This document shows positions 27,094 to 31,646 of a DNA stretch of 31,646 nucleotides, piece by piece. The notes beneath the pieces are model-generated. The model had not been told where the DNA came from. It made no database searches and saw only the letters and a program-made list of their open reading frames with translations. Position numbers and translations under genes: made by a program. The stretch is from a virus (lineage: Duplodnaviria > Caudoviricetes), in IMG/VR virus record IMGVR_UViG_3300033512_000117, positions 1 through 31,646 of that record; one strand, written 5' to 3'. Numbering within the stretch: the first letter of the stretch is position 1; each line of letters begins with the position of its first letter.

Positions 27094-28929
27094 ATGACAA
27101 TACAAAATAGTTTAAAGAAGTTGAGTGCAACACAAGAAGAAGTATATTCAAAAGTTTGTGTTGTACGTTCAACATCTAAATACTTTTTACTAATAGATGT
27201 TGAACCAATAGATAGTTTATTATTTAATCTTGCAGTACCAAATAAAGATAATTATATACGTAACGTTAAATTAAGCCCTATAACAAGTGCATTAAATAAA
27301 TCACAAAGTTATAAAATACCAAAAGTAGGTAGTTATGTAATAGTAACATTCTTATCAAAGGAATTAGGTTTTGTTGCATTATTTAGTAAATTAACTACTG
27401 TTGTTATTGCAGCAAATGACATAAAGATACAATTAACAGATGCAGTTAAATTTGATAATATTGATGCTTTTAATATAAATAATAGTGAGAATAACATATT
27501 AAATATAGAAGATTTTGATGATATTACAAATATAACAATAAGCAATATTAATAGTATCCTATTAGATAGTAACAATAATACTATATTATTAGATAAAGAT
27601 AATATAAGTATTAAAGTTAAAGAAGATAGTAGAATAGCAATACATAAGTTTAAAGTAGAAACCATAGAAAATACTTTTGATGTTATTACTGAAACAATAG
27701 TTAGTAAAAAACTTAATGAAACTTTAAAGACTACATTTTATAATAAGATTAAGAAGATACGAGAAGCAAGTGAATGGGGTCTTAGTTTTGCAATAACTAA
27801 TTCATTTAAAAACTCTAAACAAGCATTAGCTTTACTTGATAGTAAAACAGCAAGTTTTTATTATAAAGGTATTTATAATGTTAATGATTATGCAACTTAT
27901 AATTTAATAGGTGATTATATGCTTTGTGTTATGGCTAAACTATATAGTTTGGGAAAAAACACTATGAAGTTTGAAATATACCTAATTAAAGAATATCTTA
28001 AAGGTGGGATAGTTGAAGTTGTAATAACTACCGAAGAGTACGATAAATTTTTAAAAGAATATGCAAGTAATGGAATTGTATTAAGTGGTGTTGAAACTAA
28101 TTATACAAATCTTCGTAAAGGTTTATTAGGTGGTAGTATTAGATTTGAAACATTAGATACTTTTATAAATGAAAATGATGTTTATAATAAATTTAATAAA
28201 GCAATACTGCCAAAACAAATAAATGGTAAACTTAATGGAAGAGATAAATCAGATGTAGATGATTATTATATTGAATGTCTTACAGTAGTTAATAATGAAA
28301 ATACAACTTCACTTAATACTATTATAGACTTATATGATAAGGATTATATTGATGTATTTTATAAGTTCATAAGAGATTATGTAAAGTTGTTAGAAAAACA
28401 TATAAAAGTTAGTAGTTATTCAGCATCTGACATTTATACATTTGGTATATATTATGGTTTTAATTTTAATTTAAGTGTTGTATCTTATGTAAATGATATT
28501 GTAAGAGGATTTACAGGTAGTGAATTAGCAAATATAAATAAAGTATTTGAATTGCAAGAAGAACTTGGTAGTAAATATTTCAAAAATATTAAGAATGATA
28601 ATGTTGAAAACTTACTAATTGCTTTAGAGAATTGGTTAAATCAATATAGTATAGGTATAATTAAGATATTAGAAGATGAGTTTGCGATATATGAAAATGG
28701 ACTTAAAGATTTAACTGAAGTTGTTGGAGTTACTAACTCATATACTACATATAAAGAAGTTAATACTATAACAAATTCTTTATATGACATACTTATTGAT
28801 TTAAATAAACTACTATTAAATAGTTCTGTAATAGATAATGCAATACCTATAACTTATACTATTTCCCCTGTAATAATTGAGAAATTAAATACAAATAAAG
28901 CCGATATAAATAAAATACTAAAACAATAA
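27094..28929 (+). CDS. Baseplate spike (gpV-like) paralogue with a large internal insertion
   Basis: The N-terminus (DVEPID...NVKLS...PKVGSYVIVTFLSKE) and the C-terminal helix match 28937-29629, with about 360 extra central residues. Confidence 0.65.
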   Translation: MTIQNSLKKLSATQEEVYSKVCVVRSTSKYFLLIDVEPIDSLLFNLAVPNKDNYIRNVKLSPITSALNKSQSYKIPKVGSYVIVTFLSKELGFVALFSKLTTVVIAANDIKIQLTDAVKFDNIDAFNINNSENNILNIEDFDDITNITISNINSILLDSNNNTILLDKDNISIKVKEDSRIAIHKFKVETIENTFDVITETIVSKKLNETLKTTFYNKIKKIREASEWGLSFAITNSFKNSKQALALLDSKTASFYYKGIYNVNDYATYNLIGDYMLCVMAKLYSLGKNTMKFEIYLIKEYLKGGIVEVVITTEEYDKFLKEYASNGIVLSGVETNYTNLRKGLLGGSIRFETLDTFINENDVYNKFNKAILPKQINGKLNGRDKSDVDDYYIECLTVVNNENTTSLNTIIDLYDKDYIDVFYKFIRDYVKLLEKHIKVSSYSASDIYTFGIYYGFNFNLSVVSYVNDIVRGFTGSELANINKVFELQEELGSKYFKNIKNDNVENLLIALENWLNQYSIGIIKILEDEFAIYENGLKDLTEVVGVTNSYTTYKEVNTITNSLYDILIDLNKLLLNSSVIDNAIPITYTISPVIIEKLNTNKADINKILKQ

Positions 28930-28936
28930 TACATAA

Positions 28937-29629
28937 ATGAATACAATAAAGGAATTAATACAGAACTTAGTAAAGACACAAGACGAACTATATTCAAAGG
29001 TTGGTATATTTAAGAATAACTATATAGATAAACCTTACCTTTGTGATGTTACTTTATTAGATGGTGTTGAATTAAATAATGTAAGATTAAGTGCTGACCC
29101 ATTAGGTAAGAATTATACAGTTCCACAAAAAGGAAGTAGTGTTATAGTAACATTTCTAAGTAAAGAAGAAGCATTTATAAACTTAATATCCAATGCTGAA
29201 TATACAGTTATGGAAGTATTAAATGATGTAGGAGAACCTACTACAATTCAAGTATTAGTTGAAGATGGTAAAGCAAAAGTTAATTTCAATAACATATCCG
29301 AGTATAATGTAAGTACTAAAAACAATGGAAAGTTTACAATAGGAGGTGTTGAAACTGATAATACATTTAGGATACTTAATGTAGATAAAATATATTTAGG
29401 TATTAAAAATGGTTCAAACATAACGATTGATAAAGAACAAATAGAAGTAGCAAGTGTAAATAAAATAACAATAGGTAATGATGCACTAACATTAAAGGAT
29501 TTGTTACTTGAGGTTGTAGATGTGTTATTAGAACCTAATATATTTACAAGTCCGACAGTAGTTTTATTGCCTACGGTTATTGCTGATTTACAGGCACTTA
29601 AAGTTAAAATAAATGACTTGTTTTTATAA
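28937..29629 (+). CDS. Baseplate spike (gpV-like)
   Basis: CDVTLLDG..LNNVRL...PQKGSSVIV OB-fold-type start, beta-repeat middle and helical end; follows the hub. Confidence 0.7.
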   Translation: MNTIKELIQNLVKTQDELYSKVGIFKNNYIDKPYLCDVTLLDGVELNNVRLSADPLGKNYTVPQKGSSVIVTFLSKEEAFINLISNAEYTVMEVLNDVGEPTTIQVLVEDGKAKVNFNNISEYNVSTKNNGKFTIGGVETDNTFRILNVDKIYLGIKNGSNITIDKEQIEVASVNKITIGNDALTLKDLLLEVVDVLLEPNIFTSPTVVLLPTVIADLQALKVKINDLFL

Positions 29630-29742
29630 TTTTAAGGCACTCTATTAATTCACAATAGTTTACCTATCTTTTTAAAAATAACGTTAATAATACAACAAAA
29701 TACACTAAATAAGTATATAATTCAAAGATAATAATGTAAAAA

Positions 29743-30522
29743 ATGGCAATATATAACAAAGTACAGTTAAAGAACCTCAATGCAAATAAGATAACAACTA
29801 ATGCAAATGAGGAGATAACAGGAGAAGTATTACGAGAACACTTAATTGATTTGATTGATAGTATAGCGAGTGTAAAAGATGCAAATACATTTGAAGCAAT
29901 ACAAAGTTATAATGCAAGTAAAACATTTACAAGTGATTTACATATAGTAGATAAAAAGTATGTAGATGATAAAGTTGCAGCAGTATCTTTTTATGAAATA
30001 ATAACCTATGCAAACTTATTAATTAAAGTAACGGCTAATGAATTAAGTATTGGTAAGATATATATTATATCTGATTTTAAAACAAATGTATTAGGTTCAA
30101 TTGAAGTAATTTTATTAAAAGCAAGTTCAACAAATACATTTTATAATAATATAGCATCTGCGACATATCCAAATGATACATTAGAATATAGATTTGGAGT
30201 TGGTTATAAAGGAGTAATAACTAAAAGAATAGATACCTCAAATAACATAACATTTTATGATAGTAAATATTATAATCCATTTGTTAGTTGTAATTCAATT
30301 CATTTAGGTTACAACACTTATGGTTTTGCATTTCCAAATGGAAGTAATAATACAGAAGTTAGTGCTAATATTAATGGTTCAAGTATAGTATTTGGTCCAA
30401 TATCAATAGCAGCATTAACAAATAGCACTATACATAAGAAGATATATAATGATGCTATTTTAGGAATAGTTTTAGAATATAATAACAATGGTGATAAATT
30501 TATAATTAATACAACTGAATAA
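29743..30522 (+). CDS. Tail fibre-like structural protein
   Basis: ITGEVLREHL, HIVDKKYVDD (fibre-repeat-like) and ITYANL...GKIYIISDF motifs. Confidence 0.55.
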   Translation: MAIYNKVQLKNLNANKITTNANEEITGEVLREHLIDLIDSIASVKDANTFEAIQSYNASKTFTSDLHIVDKKYVDDKVAAVSFYEIITYANLLIKVTANELSIGKIYIISDFKTNVLGSIEVILLKASSTNTFYNNIASATYPNDTLEYRFGVGYKGVITKRIDTSNNITFYDSKYYNPFVSCNSIHLGYNTYGFAFPNGSNNTEVSANINGSSIVFGPISIAALTNSTIHKKIYNDAILGIVLEYNNNGDKFIINTTE

Positions 30523-30523
30523 T

Positions 30524-31646
30524 ATGAAACAGATACAAGCAATACCATATCCTTCTTATACTACAACAGAAAGAAATGCTTTAGTAGGTATTATTGAAGG
30601 ATACATAATTAAAAATACAACAACAGGAACTTATCAAATGTATAATGGTAGTTCTTGGATTACTTATACAGGAAACTTAGGAACTAAACCTGTAAATGAA
30701 ACAGGTCTTGTTGGTGGGAATACTATAATTTACGATAATATAACTGATAAATGGATTCCTCAATCTAATTTAGGTAAAGTTGTAACTATTGGTTCAGGTG
30801 GAACTTTTGCTGATATATTAACTGCTCAATCTAATGGTTATTATGATATGATTGCTGTTGGTACAGTTACAATGACAGGACAAACTACAATATCAAATAA
30901 AATAAGTCTTAATCTAAATGGTAAGACAATGAATTGCGGTACTTATAATTTTATAGGTTCATCTACATTATATATATATGGAACAGGAAGTATAACTTTT
31001 GGAAATTTAGGATTTACCATAGCTTTATTTGCTTGTCCTTGTAATGTAAAAGATGTTTCTATTTACAATCAAGCAACTGCGAGTGCAACCTCAATTAGTT
31101 TTTATGGTGCTAATCAAGTATTTGATAATATAGTAGCATATTTACCTAATTTTTCAAATACAGGATTTGGTTTAAATTATGGAGGATTTGCAGGAACAGT
31201 TAAAAATTCAACAATAGTTGGAGGAGGTTCTAATTGTAGTTGGGTATTTACTTATAATGGAGGTAATGGAACATTAGAAAATATAGTAACAAGTGGAACT
31301 TTCAGTGCTAATAATCCTATTACTTCAGGTAAAAATATATCAGGTACATCTACTTTACAATTAATGAATTTAGGAACGGGTGGAACAGGTATTTATGATA
31401 ATATAACAACACCTGTAATAGTAGAGTATTATACTTATTTTAAATACTTTAATATTACTGTTGGTACTACTTATTATAATTATTATATATCTAAATGGGG
31501 AAGTCCTATAATAGCAAGTGGAATTTATAATGCAGATACTACTTTTAGTTCAGGTTTAATAGAAAATTCAGTAGTTAATGGTAATGTAACTATAACAGGC
31601 ACTTGTACTTTAAATAATGTTTATGTAACAGGAACTATTACAATTA
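30524..31646 (+). CDS. Tail fibre/receptor-binding-like protein, about 407 aa, continuing across the junction to base 242 (absent from the ORF track)
   Basis: Hand translation from ATG 30524 has no stop to the window end. It begins YTTTERNAL...YNGSSW, then VTIGSGGTFADI and Gly/Asn/Thr beta-helix-like sequence. Confidence 0.8.
   Translation, partial: MKQIQAIPYPSYTTTERNALVGIIEGYIIKNTTTGTYQMYNGSSWITYTGNLGTKPVNETGLVGGNTIIYDNITDKWIPQSNLGKVVTIGSGGTFADILTAQSNGYYDMIAVGTVTMTGQTTISNKISLNLNGKTMNCGTYNFIGSSTLYIYGTGSITFGNLGFTIALFACPCNVKDVSIYNQATASATSISFYGANQVFDNIVAYLPNFSNTGFGLNYGGFAGTVKNSTIVGGGSNCSWVFTYNGGNGTLENIVTSGTFSANNPITSGKNISGTSTLQLMNLGTGGTGIYDNITTPVIVEYYTYFKYFNITVGTTYYNYYISKWGSPIIASGIYNADTTFSSGLIENSVVNGNVTITGTCTLNNVYVTGTITI
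31506..31646. repeat. Right copy of the 141-bp terminal overlap
   Basis: Identical to 1-141. Confidence 0.95.

Noticed and set aside
19458-29629. Locus as a stand-alone eCIS/tailocin
   Set aside because: Terminase, portal, protease and capsid genes are intact, so this is a DNA-packaging phage.
1071-30548. All minus-strand ORFs in the track (e.g. 1071-1319, 11030-11326, 17214-17573, 24520-24852, 27333-27665)
   Set aside because: They are short, lie antisense to well-supported + strand genes and have shadow-ORF composition with no motifs.
31506-31646. 141-bp terminal repeat as a biological direct terminal repeat
   Set aside because: It falls mid-gene and 141 matches a common assembler maximum k-mer, so it is best read as a circular assembly overlap.
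1-31646. Alternative genetic code, diversity-generating retroelement, tRNA genes, introns/inteins
   Set aside because: Core genes are full length in the standard code, and I saw no reverse transcriptase, TR/VR pair, cloverleaf or splicing motifs by eye. A tRNAscan/HMM run would be needed to exclude them formally.

Overview
The window is a complete, circularly permuted, very AT-rich tailed-phage genome. Bases 1-141 equal 31506-31646, so the circle is about 31,505 bp. Every credible gene lies on the + strand. It has a Mu-like head module (TerS, TerL, gp36-like, DUF935-type portal, virion morphogenesis protein, prohead protease/scaffold, major capsid) and a contractile tail resembling Bacteroidota Mu-like phages. 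The tail includes a sheath, two tube paralogues, an internally duplicated chaperone with a -1 frameshift, a tape measure, a hub, two spike paralogues (one with a large insertion), wedge proteins and several fibre-like proteins. The non-structural module is minimal: an SF2 helicase-like protein, a PD-(D/E)XK nuclease, a sigma-like protein and two membrane proteins. I recognised no polymerase, integrase, transposase, repressor or endolysin. The most unusual signal is non-coding. The motif CCCCTGTA(ATAA) occurs 15 times in clusters every 2-5 kb. It closes four intergenic hairpin cassettes with unrelated structured interiors and also sits inside three structural genes. Other non-coding features are a 1.5-kb control region with a branched fold and ten IHF-consensus sites, a recurrent AGTATATA(G/A)T promoter-like motif, and a family of short tandem repeats at gene junctions. 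All calls come from reading the sequence by eye; no database search or folding was run.
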